62,031 bases of DNA from a virus (taxonomy: Duplodnaviria; Caudoviricetes): IMG/VR virus record IMGVR_UViG_3300046170_000369, positions 1 to 62,031 of that record, one strand, 5' to 3'. The notes under the pieces were generated by a model that had not been told where the DNA came from, did not search any database, and was given only the letters and a program-made list of their open reading frames with translations. Below, in pieces: positions 48,609 through 60,374 of the stretch. The translations under genes were made by a program, and so were the position numbers. Each line of letters begins with the position of its first letter. The first letter of the stretch is position 1.

Positions 48609-49939
48609 CAGGGAACCCTTCTAACATAACCCATGCCTTGCGAAACATAACCTGTTGAGAAAAATCTAGCTTCACTGAAGATTTGTACTAGGTCTGAATC
48701 TGATGTTTGTACAACTTGTATATTGAAATTATCTTGCGGTGAACCTGTGAAGTCACCATCTGGATTCAATAACCAATACTCAGGAACAACTGAATAGTCA
48801 GTAGTTTCATATACTGCTATTAGCTTCTGTCCTCCTGATCCAGTTTGTATCCACTCCCATTGGTTTTCTACTTCATTAAAAGCAATTACCTGATCCTCGC
48901 TTGTAGTACCAATAAATAGCTCCTTGTTATAATTAGTAGAATTAGCAATGCTCACCTCTGGCAACACACCACCTTCAAATATTCCCGTTAATGTAAGACC
49001 CGCAATTGGTGAAGTTGCAAATATAGAAACTGTAGATGCCTCTACTCCACTCAAAGCCTCTGCTTCTACTGGATCAACATCATACAATGTATATGGATTT
49101 GGTGGAGTCAGGTTATTAATGGACTCCTGCAGCTGATCGATCTTTGCATCTACTATCTCTAGGATTTGGTCTTTTGCTAATGCTATTCCAATCCTTAGTA
49201 GTTCATCTACATCTGGTTTATCATAAAAGTCATCAAGCAATGCTCGTTCATCTAACTTGATCTTATTGTCATTTATTAAACCAATAACTTCATTTGGTGT
49301 TGTAAATATTTCGTCTAAACCGCTTATCTCGGATGCCTGATGCTGATGCGATGCGTCAGCCTTATTTGCCAAGTCTCCTTGGGTTGCGAAATTACTAGAT
49401 TCCGCTCTTGTAATGTAGTCTGAATGTACATGACTTGCATCTGCTTTTGCTGCTATTAAAGCTTCTAGTGCAGTTACTGCTAACTGGAGTGCGGACACAG
49501 TAGCTCGATCTGCTATGGATGCATTTATAATATCATGCTCCTGAGAGTTCGATGTGATCTGTGAGGCTAAGTCACTAACTACATCAGATACATCAGATTC
49601 GATAGCAGTATCTTTATTCTTAAGTGTTTCTATTTGATCGCTAACAGATTGGATATCACTAGCAAATGCCTGAGATAGTTGCGCATCTAAGTCCTTAACT
49701 TCGCTCAGCGTAGGGTGCTGACCCTTGTATGTATCGTAATCGCTTTTATGGTCTTCAGCGAATGCTTTTAAATCATCAATCCGTGATGAAAGATTTGTTA
49801 CGCTTACACCAGTAGCTAATTCTCCGCTCGAAACGTCCTCATTAATATGTGCAAGACTTTCGATTAAACTGTGAAAGTCGGCTTCACCTATACGCTGACC
49901 CTTGCTGAATCTTGTTTTTAATTGATTTCGACTATCCAT
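48608..49939 (-). CDS. Putative fibre/collar protein with KADASH.H repeats
   Basis: Coiled coil plus KADASHVH and KADASHQH phage tail repeats. Confidence 0.65.
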   Translation of the reverse strand: MDSRNQLKTRFSKGQRIGEADFHSLIESLAHINEDVSSGELATGVSVTNLSSRIDDLKAFAEDHKSDYDTYKGQHPTLSEVKDLDAQLSQAFASDIQSVSDQIETLKNKDTAIESDVSDVVSDLASQITSNSQEHDIINASIADRATVSALQLAVTALEALIAAKADASHVHSDYITRAESSNFATQGDLANKADASHQHQASEISGLDEIFTTPNEVIGLINDNKIKLDERALLDDFYDKPDVDELLRIGIALAKDQILEIVDAKIDQLQESINNLTPPNPYTLYDVDPVEAEALSGVEASTVSIFATSPIAGLTLTGIFEGGVLPEVSIANSTNYNKELFIGTTSEDQVIAFNEVENQWEWIQTGSGGQKLIAVYETTDYSVVPEYWLLNPDGDFTGSPQDNFNIQVVQTSDSDLVQIFSEARFFSTGYVSQGMGYVRRVP

Positions 49940-50687
49940 CGCCTAGTAAGAATCCCTCCTCCCCGAGTGTTTCTGTTGATGCAATATTATTAAAACCAAC
50001 TTGCTCACGGATGTTTGCAAAAATTGATCTTCTTAATTGCTGGTAAATTTGAAAGTTATTCTGTGCTGAACTTGCATCATCATTTACATCTCTTTGGAAA
50101 TGATACTTGACATAATGGTAAACAGCTAGAGCTTCATCATCCCCAAGCTTAGTCTGCTCCTCTCGCTCAGAACCTGTACACTCAAACAAAGGCTTGAATA
50201 TTTTCTCCTGACTAAAATAGATTGTTAATGTTTCATCATCCCTGAGCAATGGAGCACTATAAAACTTTCCATTCTCAAAAACCATTTTCCCAGGATATCC
50301 TGCAGTTCTCGGAGAGTTGCCACCGTCAATTAGACTAAACTTCGCCAACTCTGTGTAAACTTTAGGGCGAAAATAAGTAGATGTTTCCTCACCTCGATCT
50401 GCATCTGGAAGCCTGCGAACTACAATATCTTTAATCCTAGAATTACTATAATTAAAATCACCAATCTCAGCCTTACCTTCACTATGATCCTCAAGGTCAC
50501 TTTCGGTAAATGAAACAGAACCTGTATGCTCGCGCAATAAAGGTATGTACCTCTGTAAGTCTCTTACACCATTAACTATCTGTCTGTCCCTAAACTTTTC
50601 TATGCCTCGTCCCTTTCGAGAACCATCGACAAGCAAAAGATCATTTACTGCGTCGTTGAATGCTTGCCAAGTTTTCATCTTTATCAA
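49932..50687 (-). CDS. Putative head-tail adaptor
   Basis: Size, position and helical termini (inference). Confidence 0.5.
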   Translation of the reverse strand: MIKMKTWQAFNDAVNDLLLVDGSRKGRGIEKFRDRQIVNGVRDLQRYIPLLREHTGSVSFTESDLEDHSEGKAEIGDFNYSNSRIKDIVVRRLPDADRGEETSTYFRPKVYTELAKFSLIDGGNSPRTAGYPGKMVFENGKFYSAPLLRDDETLTIYFSQEKIFKPLFECTGSEREEQTKLGDDEALAVYHYVKYHFQRDVNDDASSAQNNFQIYQQLRRSIFANIREQVGFNNIASTETLGEEGFLLGDG

Positions 50688-51072
50688 ATATATCGTCTAT
50701 TAGTTTTTTAACCTTAAATTTGGTATACAAGAATGGAGCGACCAAGAATACCAATCCACCTACTGCAATCATAATTATGATGTCATAGATTCCAGAAACT
50801 AACTTATCTATCCAACTCTTCTGATTCCCTTCGCTTTGCTTTATCAAAGTAACAATTTCGGTAAGCTCTTCCTCATCAAAGTTGGATCGTTTTATCTCAT
50901 CATTCTTAAATAACTCACCAGCAGCACTACCAACCATTCCGCCTGCAATACTGCCACCTACACCGCCTACACTGCCTGCCCCTGCTCCCAATCCCGCACC
51001 AATCGAGGGATAAAGGGTCGCCTTATTGCAACCCGATAAAAGAATAAATAAAGCCACTAGCATCCATCTCAT
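50641..51072 (-). CDS. Lipoprotein with glycine zipper and C-terminal TM helix (possible lysis/spanin-like)
   Basis: Lipobox LSGC, GAGLGAGAG zipper, hydrophobic C-terminal segment. Confidence 0.65.
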   Translation of the reverse strand: MRWMLVALFILLSGCNKATLYPSIGAGLGAGAGSVGGVGGSIAGGMVGSAAGELFKNDEIKRSNFDEEELTEIVTLIKQSEGNQKSWIDKLVSGIYDIIIMIAVGGLVFLVAPFLYTKFKVKKLIDDIFDKDENLASIQRRSK

Positions 51073-52031
51073 GAGGTGTAGTAGCCAGTGACTGCGTCAG
51101 ATACTCGATACTCATCTAGATTATTAACGCAGTAATATTCTTTTGTTGTAGATGGGAGTAGCTCTTCTTCGCCAGCTACATCTCTGTATACAAATAATGA
51201 CTCAATATCCTGTGAGGAAACTCCGTCAGCTGACATTCCTATTACAAAAGAATTTTGAGCAAATATCTCATCTAACATACCAACACCAGTAGATGTGACT
51301 GTAGCTGTGTGAACAGGTGACCACTGACCCGAAAAGGCAGGATTTTCTACATGAAGAGTAATATTAAACTCGGAATTACTTGCAGTTGCTTCCAGTTGAA
51401 CTCTGTACCACCTATCAAGAATTGCATCTGGTAGAGTTTCATCTGCTACATTACCTTTAAACAATCTAAATTCAGGTACTTCCGATGTATCTAATCCAAC
51501 ACCTAAAGATAAAGCTGGTAGATTTGCATCAATAGCTTGCTTACTAGTATAGATTCCGAATGGCTTGACCGCATGATCTGGTTTACTTGAATTTGTCCAA
51601 CCAATGGAATTTATCCTGAAATAAGCCTGAACACCAAAAAAGGATTCTGTAGTCTCTACAGACTCATAAGCTGCTGAGTCTCCAGCATGGGTTATTCTAA
51701 GAACAGCACTCTCTCCATTAGGAGTGTAAGAATCGACGGACTCCAACCTTATAGTATTCGAGTCAACATTTACATCTATGCTGTTATCAAAAGTCCTAAT
51801 TAAAAGAGGTGTCTTTTGAGTGACCACAACTGGGCTAGTGTTAGCATTTGTAATCCTAAACTGTTTGGCAGTAATTGAAGGCAACTCACCTGAAGTGGTT
51901 TGTCTAAATACTCCGAACCTAGAGGGGCGAGTATTTACCAGCAGGTGATTATCAGCAACTGCAACTAAAGGGTTTAGCTCGGAAGACCCAATAGTCTTCT
52001 GGGTAAGACCTGACTGCAATATAGTTTTCAC
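51069..52031 (-). CDS. Putative virion protein with lectin/beta-sandwich-like region
   Basis: 320 aa, beta-rich, LDRWYRVQL motif. Confidence 0.6.
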   Translation of the reverse strand: MKTILQSGLTQKTIGSSELNPLVAVADNHLLVNTRPSRFGVFRQTTSGELPSITAKQFRITNANTSPVVVTQKTPLLIRTFDNSIDVNVDSNTIRLESVDSYTPNGESAVLRITHAGDSAAYESVETTESFFGVQAYFRINSIGWTNSSKPDHAVKPFGIYTSKQAIDANLPALSLGVGLDTSEVPEFRLFKGNVADETLPDAILDRWYRVQLEATASNSEFNITLHVENPAFSGQWSPVHTATVTSTGVGMLDEIFAQNSFVIGMSADGVSSQDIESLFVYRDVAGEEELLPSTTKEYYCVNNLDEYRVSDAVTGYYTS

Positions 52032-52174
52032 TTCTTGATTTTATTAACTATAGCAATTGCCATGTATACAGCGGTCAAAGAGGCAGCAACACTTGCTGCA
52101 ACAAGATGATAATCTGCTAAACCCCAAGATGAAATAATTCCAAATAATCCGATCGATCCGTGACTATCCATCAT
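52028..52174 (-). CDS. Small membrane protein, holin-like (48 aa, not in ORF track)
   Basis: MMDSHGSIGLFGIISSWGLADYHLVAASVAASLTAVYMAIAIVNKIKK; hydrophobic with a basic tail. Confidence 0.55.
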   Translation of the reverse strand: MMDSHGSIGLFGIISSWGLADYHLVAASVAASLTAVYMAIAIVNKIKK

Positions 52175-52538
52175 TTTCTCCCTCTTCAGCATCTACAGCT
52201 TCTACGCGAATCAAGTCCTTTGGGTTCTTCTTTTTAGGCGAGCGTGACTTTGAAGGTGCGCTTTTTTCCTCCTCCGCATACTCCGCATTTGGATCCTTGT
52301 TGGCTTCTTGTTTTACTGTGTTCAACCGACGAAAAGTCACCGCTTCCTCTAGTACTTTTTTTTTGTACCAATCAAAATCTTCGTCGCTAAGCTCTGTAAC
52401 ACCGTCTTCTTTTAAAAGAGTTTTTGCGTATTTATCTTCAACTTTTGCAATTCCTACCCAAGACGAACCAACCAATACTGGCTGATACGACTCAAATCCA
52501 TTGTAAGCTTTATTAATGTTATCAAATAATAGTTTCAT
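52164..52538 (-). CDS. Hypothetical protein
   Basis: 124 aa ORF downstream of the capsid gene. Confidence 0.7.
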   Translation of the reverse strand: MKLLFDNINKAYNGFESYQPVLVGSSWVGIAKVEDKYAKTLLKEDGVTELSDEDFDWYKKKVLEEAVTFRRLNTVKQEANKDPNAEYAEEEKSAPSKSRSPKKKNPKDLIRVEAVDAEEGENDG

Positions 52539-52540
52539 GT

Positions 52541-52583
52541 TTAAAGAAAGACGGGAGGCGCCGCTAGATGCAGGCCTCCCGTC
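52541..52583 (-). terminator. Rho-independent terminator after the major capsid gene
   Basis: GACGGGAGGC/GCCTCCCGTC 10-bp stem followed by TTTCTTT on the - strand. Confidence 0.75.
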
Positions 52584-52624
52584 GGCATATGAGTGATATG
52601 TGGATGTGGAAGGCTTTCTAAAGC

Positions 52625-54523
52625 TTAGAAAGTATGTGTTGTACCTCCCAAGGTGAACTCGACTGCATCACTTACATTCTCAATAATGAGGTGGCGATGC
52701 GGACGATCCATCATGGTTGTCCATTTTGTGGAACGGAGGTTAAATGTCCTTTTGACAGAATCCATACGGCAGCTATACAAGCGATCTACTTCTGGATGTG
52801 GCTGTGTGCGGGTTACGCTATTAGTTCCAGCAACACCGATTTTTACATCAGACCAGTCAACGAGCCAGAGCATACGCTGTGAATTAGCATAGTAAGTAGG
52901 CATCATTACCATCGAAACACTGCATCTCCAGAGCGTCTTCCATCAAGCAAGGTATTTATTTCCGCTTCCAACATTCAACAAGTCGTCAAACATTGGGTCA
53001 TGGAATACTGCCAACTGAACGCCTACATCTGGAATATCATAGACATTGTAGTTAAAGAGAACGATTCCGTTGTGCTCGATGGTTTGGTTAATGTTAGCGT
53101 TACGCTGAGTTTCCCATCCGTAGCGAAGTTTGTAGTAGCTATTGAAAGCTTCAAAAATCTTTACGGAAGTTAAACGGTCAGTCATGACATCAATAACAGA
53201 AATTGTGTCGCCATCTTGCTCGCGATTTCTCTTAAGGAAATACAAGTCGGAGAACAAGTCATCAAGATTCAATGCTCCTCCTGAGTTATCCTTAACACGG
53301 TTACCCTCACGAAGAAGTGCCTTGATTCCAAGAGCGTTACATTTGTACTCCAATGTGCAGTTGGTGTCCTCTGGGTCAGTAACTGCAGGAAGTTGCATAT
53401 AAGTCTCAGGCTTCTGAGCAGCGCTAAGAGGCTGGTTGTACCATACCGCACGATTCCATTGGTCTTGAGACACTTTTGCTGCGAGCTTATTCTGCTCTGC
53501 AAGTGGCTGATAAACCATTGAGGAGAGGTAAGGATTAACTTTACCAGACATGATCGACTCAAGAGTTTTCTTGTAGTTATCATTAACCTCACGAGACTCA
53601 CGAGTTGTTTGCAACCAGTTAACAAGCAAACGAACGCTAAGGTCAGTTGGCTGATTTCTGCACCAGTGCTCATAGTCATTGATGTTATTGGCAATGGTTT
53701 GAAGAATACCAGTTGTTACTTGATACTTTTCTTTTTCAGCACTTGGTAAGCTGTTGAAGTTTCCGTCAGCAGGAACGATTGATCCTACAGGACGAAGAAC
53801 AACTTTAGCCTTAGATACTGAACCTGCGTCGGCATTTCCTGCTCCACAAATAATGTACTGTACTTCACGAGTAGCTGTTCCAGTAGCATTCCAGTGATTG
53901 ATAATTACATAACCACCGGGAAGGAAGTAACGCTCGATATTCTCGATTGGGGATGCCCAGTCAGAACCACCAAGGTTAATTGTAATCATCCAATCGCCCG
54001 ATGTAGCAGAATTTACAGGTGGCAAATAGGAAGGATCATATGGATAAGTATTAAGATCAGTCGAATCTGCTGCAACACCTGCTTCAATTGCGAAGTAGTT
54101 AGCATTCATTACAGAACGCTGTCTACGCTGGACATATGGAAGGATTATTGATTGCTCGGCAATGTTTTGCTTATTAATCAAAGGTTTAATGTTTTGAACA
54201 GAGCTTGTAAGAAGTGTGGTAAGTCCACGCTCTTCTACGCCGAGTGCTTTAGCTTCTGCCGCCGAAGCAATAACTCTAGCTAAATCAATTTCTTTATTTC
54301 CAAGGGCTTCAAACTCACCAGGAGTCATCCCTTTAATATGTGCCTTAGTAAGTGTGCAACCGTTCGAGCTATCAACCTTAACCAATCGTGGAAGAGCTTC
54401 ATATCCGCTTCCGCCTGACCCTGGAATTAATGAACTTGCAGAAGACGCAGTTGGCTGTGCCATTGCAGTGTTCTGATAGCCCGACGTTGTAAATTGTCCT
54501 GAACTTGAGATTTCGTTAGCCAT
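52625..54523 (-). CDS. Putative major capsid protein (split into 52943-54523 and 52625-52912)
   Basis: Follows portal and scaffold, followed by a terminator; the junction is restored by removing three extra T's. Confidence 0.65.
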
Positions 54524-54667
54524 AATATGTGTGAATTAAATGTTTTCACCCATACTAAATGATTTTTATGGCTACGCGCTCATTTCAGGCATTTTTTTCT
54601 AAATCTCTAAAAGTTTGGTAAAGTTGGGCAGTTTAATTGAATACCCAAGGAATCATTTGATTATCAA

Positions 54668-55975
54668 TTACAAGTCGAGTAACTTAAGGATTGAGTTACT
54701 TTGCTCAGGCTGTGCAGTGGCTGGAGCACTAACCCCTTTTGATGGAGTAGGCGTCTGAATCTTCCTAGGTTGCTGAACTTGCGGAGATTGCTGAGGGGCA
54801 ACCTGAACTCCATTTCTTACATAACCAGCTTTTTCGAGTGCTGACCTTGTGTTCTTAATCTGTCCGCTCATTGATTCTTTTGCACGTAGAGCGATCAAAT
54901 TAACAATATCATCATCACTAAATGTATAATACTTATCCAGTTGATCTTTTGGAACTAAAGGCATTCTTTCCCTGCGAACAAAAGTTTTACCACCTTTTAC
55001 TGTTCTGCCGCTTTTTATAAATTTCTCCTGTTCTTTATTTATAAAATCACTGAGTGCTTGGTGACTTGTGTTCTTCTCATCATAACTAGAAACATTATGT
55101 ACAATATCATAGAAGGTATTTACCATCTGCTGTGCATTGGTCAGGGAATCGTTAATGATTTTTGCTTCAATTGGGTTTTGATCAACTAATCCCTTAATCC
55201 CAGAATTTTTTATAACTTCTCTTGATTCATCGGGAATACTTTCAAATAGAACCCTTTTTGCTTTTAGAACATTTTCCTTGGCTACAGGTTCCCCCTGTAT
55301 TCTCTCCTGTTGACGACGCAATTTTATCAATTCAGGCTGAACCTTCTGTATTGCTCTTTTTTCAGCTTCGGATGTCCACATCTCACGCTCAAACTTTTTA
55401 AGATCTACCTTCGGCTTATTTTGATCCAGAAATTTTTTATACTCATCTGAATCTGATAAATCATATTCTGAATTATCATCTAAATATTTTTTATGCTTTT
55501 TAAAGAAATCTAAATACTTTTTATCTAGACCCTGTTGACCTTGCACATTCTGAGAAGCCCATCGGCTAATTTGATATACCTCCTTTTCCTCAGGTAATAA
55601 GTTTTTTACATAAGGGTCTGCAACTGGCTTACGAACAGGTGCATTTGGACGGGATGGCATATCGAATTGTGGGTCAATAATCTTTCGCTTTACTTTGGTT
55701 TTGGCTTTTGGCTTTGGGGCTTCCTCCTCAACCACCTCTTGTGGCGCTTGCTCCTGTGATTGCTCAACCTCATTTACAGCCTCTTCTGATAATGCACTAT
55801 GTATTGATGTTGGGCCTGTGTAAGGCTCACGCTGCTCTTCCTCTTCTTCCGCCTCGTCCTCTGCTGCCGCATACAAAGCATTAAAGATAACATTATCTGA
55901 TGACTCTTCTACAGGAGCCTGTTCCTCCTGAGCTGGGGCATCTACTACTTCTTCCACTTTTTCTTCTTCACTCAT
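54668..55975 (-). CDS. Putative scaffolding protein
   Basis: Acidic low-complexity N-terminus, helical body; lies between portal and capsid. Confidence 0.6.
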   Translation of the reverse strand: MSEEEKVEEVVDAPAQEEQAPVEESSDNVIFNALYAAAEDEAEEEEEQREPYTGPTSIHSALSEEAVNEVEQSQEQAPQEVVEEEAPKPKAKTKVKRKIIDPQFDMPSRPNAPVRKPVADPYVKNLLPEEKEVYQISRWASQNVQGQQGLDKKYLDFFKKHKKYLDDNSEYDLSDSDEYKKFLDQNKPKVDLKKFEREMWTSEAEKRAIQKVQPELIKLRRQQERIQGEPVAKENVLKAKRVLFESIPDESREVIKNSGIKGLVDQNPIEAKIINDSLTNAQQMVNTFYDIVHNVSSYDEKNTSHQALSDFINKEQEKFIKSGRTVKGGKTFVRRERMPLVPKDQLDKYYTFSDDDIVNLIALRAKESMSGQIKNTRSALEKAGYVRNGVQVAPQQSPQVQQPRKIQTPTPSKGVSAPATAQPEQSNSILKLLDL

Positions 55976-55978
55976 AAT

Positions 55979-58274
55979 TTATTGTGCCATTGCTGGTTGT
56001 TGTCCTTCGGGTGAGGGCGCTGGTTGTCCAGGAGGTCCTCCTGGTGGGGGCGGTTGACCTGGTTGGGGCGCACCGCCAGCTCCTTGCATTTGCATGATAA
56101 TTTTCTGTAACGCCTGCTCCACTTGAGGCCATTTCTTTTGCAGCTCATCTATAAACTGAGTTTGCCCAAGCTCCATATCCTCGTTGTCATCTGCTTCGTC
56201 GACCTGGAGATTTAAATCATGACCTACGCCAGACATTCTAAATATTTCATTAAATATGCTAAAAATTCTCTCCTTACCTAAAGTCTTAGCCATATCAGGA
56301 ATCTGAAGAACTTGCTGAACAAGCTGACCAAGAATCTGTGCAGACTGAGTATCTCTTGCTCTTTCCGAACCATCTCTACCCGAAAACAAATACTCATGTA
56401 CCAAGTTTTCTGGGTTACCAATTATATTCCTACCTTTTGGAAGTTCATCTTGATCACCACTATCTTCAATCTCAAGTCCCTGCCTCACGGATACTTTTAG
56501 GCGTGAACCTTTGCTTTACGGGAACATTAAACTCGGTGGTTGAACAGGATATTAAATGCTCATAAAGCATCTTTTTTGCTGCTGCTCGCATTTCATCAAT
56601 GCCTTCAGATATAAAGGCATAAATTGTATTAGTTGAGTTTGTTATCTCACTAACCTCGGTAGCAGATATTTCTCTCTGTGCAGCCTGTCCTAATTCCTGT
56701 GGAGAAAGAATCATCAGTCTCTCTACAAGGTTGAGTAACTGGAACAAGCTTTGAAGTGATTGATTAATGCCCTGAGATAATTCCCTAGAAACATCGACTA
56801 CTGTGATAATGTTCTTAGGGTCAATTCCTAGGTCTGCAGTCTTCGCACCACTATAAAATAGTGCTTTTGGTTTTTGATAAAATGTATCTTCTGCCAGTGA
56901 TTCTTCTAGGTATGCTTTAACATCATCATCTAATGCATCCTGATCAATAGATAATATTTTAAACATGCTAATTTTCATATGATGAAGCATAGCGTAAATA
57001 ATATTATTCATCTGATCCTGATATGGCATTAAATCATGAGCCATAGAGCAATTCGCCATACGGTCATCATTCTGATTAATTCCACCATAAATAGCAGGTA
57101 AGCTTGGTAGCCATTCTGCATATACAACAGTTTCATCAGATGCCACTACTAGCTTCAACCAGCAATCAAAAGGATAATCCCCAAGACCTTCAGCCTTTGG
57201 ATTAACTCTCATGAATACATTAGATAAAAACATCCCTTTATCTTCATCCTCACCAGCATAAATACCAGTATGAGCAGTACGCTCATTTTGAAATGGAAAA
57301 TCATCTTTTAATGACGGAAATGCTAAAATCTTAGGGTCATAATAAAAATCAAAGAAATCACGATATGCATTCACTATGCCCTGCAGGGAATTAGTGTATG
57401 TGACCTCATCCATATTAAAGTAATCAGGATTATCACGGACTGATCCATATCTTACTATATCCCAATACCCAAGCCACGAAGGACCAAGGTCACTATTCAC
57501 TGCTTGTAATGGACGAGAGTTATCCCAAATTACACGAGTAGGATGAGGGTTCACAAAGTAAACGCCCTCTCGCTCCACATAAGACTCTATATCATCCTCA
57601 CCAAGTGAGTCCTTGGTTTTTCTCCAATGCACTTCCCTTGTCCACGCTTCAGCAGGAAACAGGACAGAATATCCATACATAAACATATTTCTTATGCACT
57701 GAGCAAATGTATGGCGGTAATCAAATTGTTCTGCCATAATCTCGACACGCTGGCTAAGAACTTCTGCCCTAATTTTAGACTGCATATCTGTACCACGGGG
57801 AGCATATCTAAAGTATGGATATAAATTAGAAAACCTAGAAACTTGAGCAGCAACCCTACGAGTGATATATGATCTGATTAATGATACGGATACTTCATAG
57901 ATTCTAGTAAGTGAAATATCACGAATAGAACCCTCGTCATCATACTCTACAAATTGATCTTTTAATTTAGGATCAATTCCCTCTAATTTAGTAGCACAGG
58001 TCTGTATGTTAATTTTGCCCTGTGCATACTGTAATAACGGAATAGTAAATTTATTTATGGGCAGTGAATCCCAGGCTAAATCAACCGCAAGATATAATGA
58101 GTGATTTCTGCACGAATGATATATACCCTCGTGGATTCTAGACTGCACCATATCCTGCAATTTTTCACGAATCTGATAATCTTCAGTTCCTTTTTTTGCA
58201 GTAAAAACTTCACGCAACCTTTTTTGGGTTACACCTCTCTCTTCTAGTAATTTAAGATCGACCATAAAAATCAA
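55979..58274 (-). CDS. Portal protein (split at ~56480 into 56472-58274 and 55979-56488)
   Basis: Position after terminase; LMPYQDQMN, REISATEV and Gln/Pro-rich tail typical of podovirus portals. Confidence 0.75.
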
Positions 58275-58494
58275 AAAGGTTGTGGATTACATCTGGAGCA
58301 AATCCGTTCATATATCGTTTTTCCAGTATGGTGAGTAGTAGATACGCCGAAAGTGGCAGTTTTCCAGTCGGATACAGTCTTCCAAAGTCCCTGTGCAAGA
58401 CCCCAATCAGGCTCGCAAGTTCGTACTCGGTTACTCGCAAGTACCCACACAATCTCTCTAGCCTTTTCCTGTCCCATCTTTTTACTATTCCCAA
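58252..58494 (-). CDS. Small HTH-like protein
   Basis: VTEYELASLIGV pattern. Confidence 0.55.
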   Translation of the reverse strand: MGIVKRWDRKRLERLCGYLRVTEYELASLIGVLHRDFGRLYPTGKLPLSAYLLLTILEKRYMNGFAPDVIHNLFDFYGRS

Positions 58495-58623
58495 TCTCTC
58501 ATAATGCGTATCAATTAATACGCTCGCAGGCGTCGATGTCTTAGCAGAATTACTCCTCTTCGTCCCTCGTACTCGTCGTACTCTTCTTCGTCCTCTTCGA
58601 CTTCAGGTTCGTAATCTTCTTCG

Positions 58624-58812
58624 TCATCTTCCTCCTGATCCACCAATCACACTAACATCTGGGTCAAGCATATCGATTGTAGCTTTAAACCTTTCCTCAT
58701 CGATTTCACTTACTGTTACTTCAAAAGTTAGTTTTACCTTATCACCAGCGGATACACCTTCCATTACTTCGGATAGCTCTTCGCTCATTCCTAATTGTAC
58801 TACATCTTGCAT
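58624..58812 (-). CDS. Small acidic protein (probably extends to ~58550 across frameshifts)
   Basis: ATG preceded by the palindromic motif at 58816-58839. Confidence 0.55.
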   Translation of the reverse strand: MQDVVQLGMSEELSEVMEGVSAGDKVKLTFEVTVSEIDEERFKATIDMLDPDVSVIGGSGGR

Positions 58813-58843
58813 ATCTGTAACCTAGTTTTTTGGGTTTCAAAAA

Positions 58844-60374
58844 TCAAGCATTAATTTCAATTACAGATGATCTTGGTGAAGTCATTACAACACTCTGTCT
58901 TACATCGTAATACATAATCGGATAAGTCAGGGCATCGAAGGGGTGGATATATACTGACCTTCTAGGTTTTAATTCTAATGATGGGTCGTACTTTCCGTTC
59001 TTTGACTCTTCTGATGTTAGATTTCTTAGCATCTTGATTACATCTGTGCAGTGGGCTGATATAACTATCTCCTCGTTGACTAATTTAGCCATGAGCAACC
59101 TAACTCTACTTTCCACAGAACCAGAAAACTTAGGGGCTGCTTTCATACGAATTGGTTCTAGACCGAAAGTGCTCGCATTTGTCTTTAGATATTTCTTCGA
59201 AGTCTCTGACATCATAACTACCTGTTTTGGCTCTATACTGATTAAATGCTGAGTTATCTGAGATGTGTTGCCAGTTAAGTTGTCCTACCCTATCCTCCCA
59301 CTTTTTCATCTTTCTGTATATCTGTGGTATCAGGGCTGTATAGGGTATCTTCTTGTTCACTGTTACCAGTTCATCAAATATTATCCATATACTTTTATCT
59401 GTGCCTATTAAGCACTGCATGAATATCATAGCGTTATTTACTGATCCTGGATCGTACCCTATGACTACTGGAAAGTTGGGGTCTGGGACTATTCCGTTTC
59501 TTCTGTCTCCTACTACATGAGTTCCTTTACTAAAGTAAGGACCGAATATGGCGTTTCCCGCAGGGCGATCCACCCACTTACCCTCAAGCATTCGTTGTGA
59601 TTCAATTGGATCATTAGATACAGCTTCCATGACCCGATCGTAATATCCTTTAGGTAAATTCTTCTCATTGTCCTGAATCTTTACATGCACTACATGATAA
59701 TCAGGATTCCACTCGCCAGTCTTTAACGGAACCTCAAAGAATCTCTTATACACCCAATGACTTGGCCCCGCGGGATTGCAAGCTGCCGTATACTGCTGGC
59801 ATCCCTCAATTCCCTGCCTTCGACCCAACTGCTGAACTACAGCATCGAAATAAGCTGGCGAATCAAGATTGGTAAGCTCATCAATAAAAACATAACTAGG
59901 CTCATAACCCTTGATTCTGTCAGTCAGTATATTTCCATAAGGTGCTGAAAGTAAAGAAATCCTAGACCACCCTCCGTACCTGTTCTCAATGTCAAGATAT
60001 GGTTGCTTCTGTAAATCGAGCTTCTCATCAGTGTAATCAATCCCAATACCTTCCTTCCATTCTGGCAATACCTCCGTCTGTAATTTATGCCAAACACCCC
60101 CCTGGGTAGCCTGTGCCTTTACACCTACAATTATTAAACACAATCCATTAAATGACTCATAGGCATGACGAACTAACTTATGACCACCCAACACAAATGT
60201 CTTACCCGATGCCCGCTCGCCATAAGCTAAGATATATTTTGCAGTTGAATCAAAAATTTCTAACTGTGGTGGTGACAAAGATGGTGCCCATGTTTCCTGA
60301 ATTTCTTTGGTATCATTTCTCTCATCGAGCTTTTTGATTACCGAATCAGGATCAATCTTCCTTATTTTCGGCAT
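58844..60374 (-). CDS. terL: Terminase large subunit (split near 59170)
   Basis: Walker A YGERASGKT, Walker B FIDELT, ACNPAG, nuclease GYDPG and HPFDALTY. Confidence 0.9.

Noticed and set aside
52913-52945. TGA read-through or alternative genetic code in the capsid gene
   Set aside because: The two parts are in frame, but removing three extra T's gives a more natural sequence (YLADGRRSGDAVFDGNDAY), and TGA is used as a normal stop in many ATGA overlaps.
59705-59722. Self-target of tract 2 in terL (AC.GG.GA.TG.AA, TGEWN)
   Set aside because: Only five dinucleotides (10 nt) match, which is expected by chance across both strands and many guide offsets.
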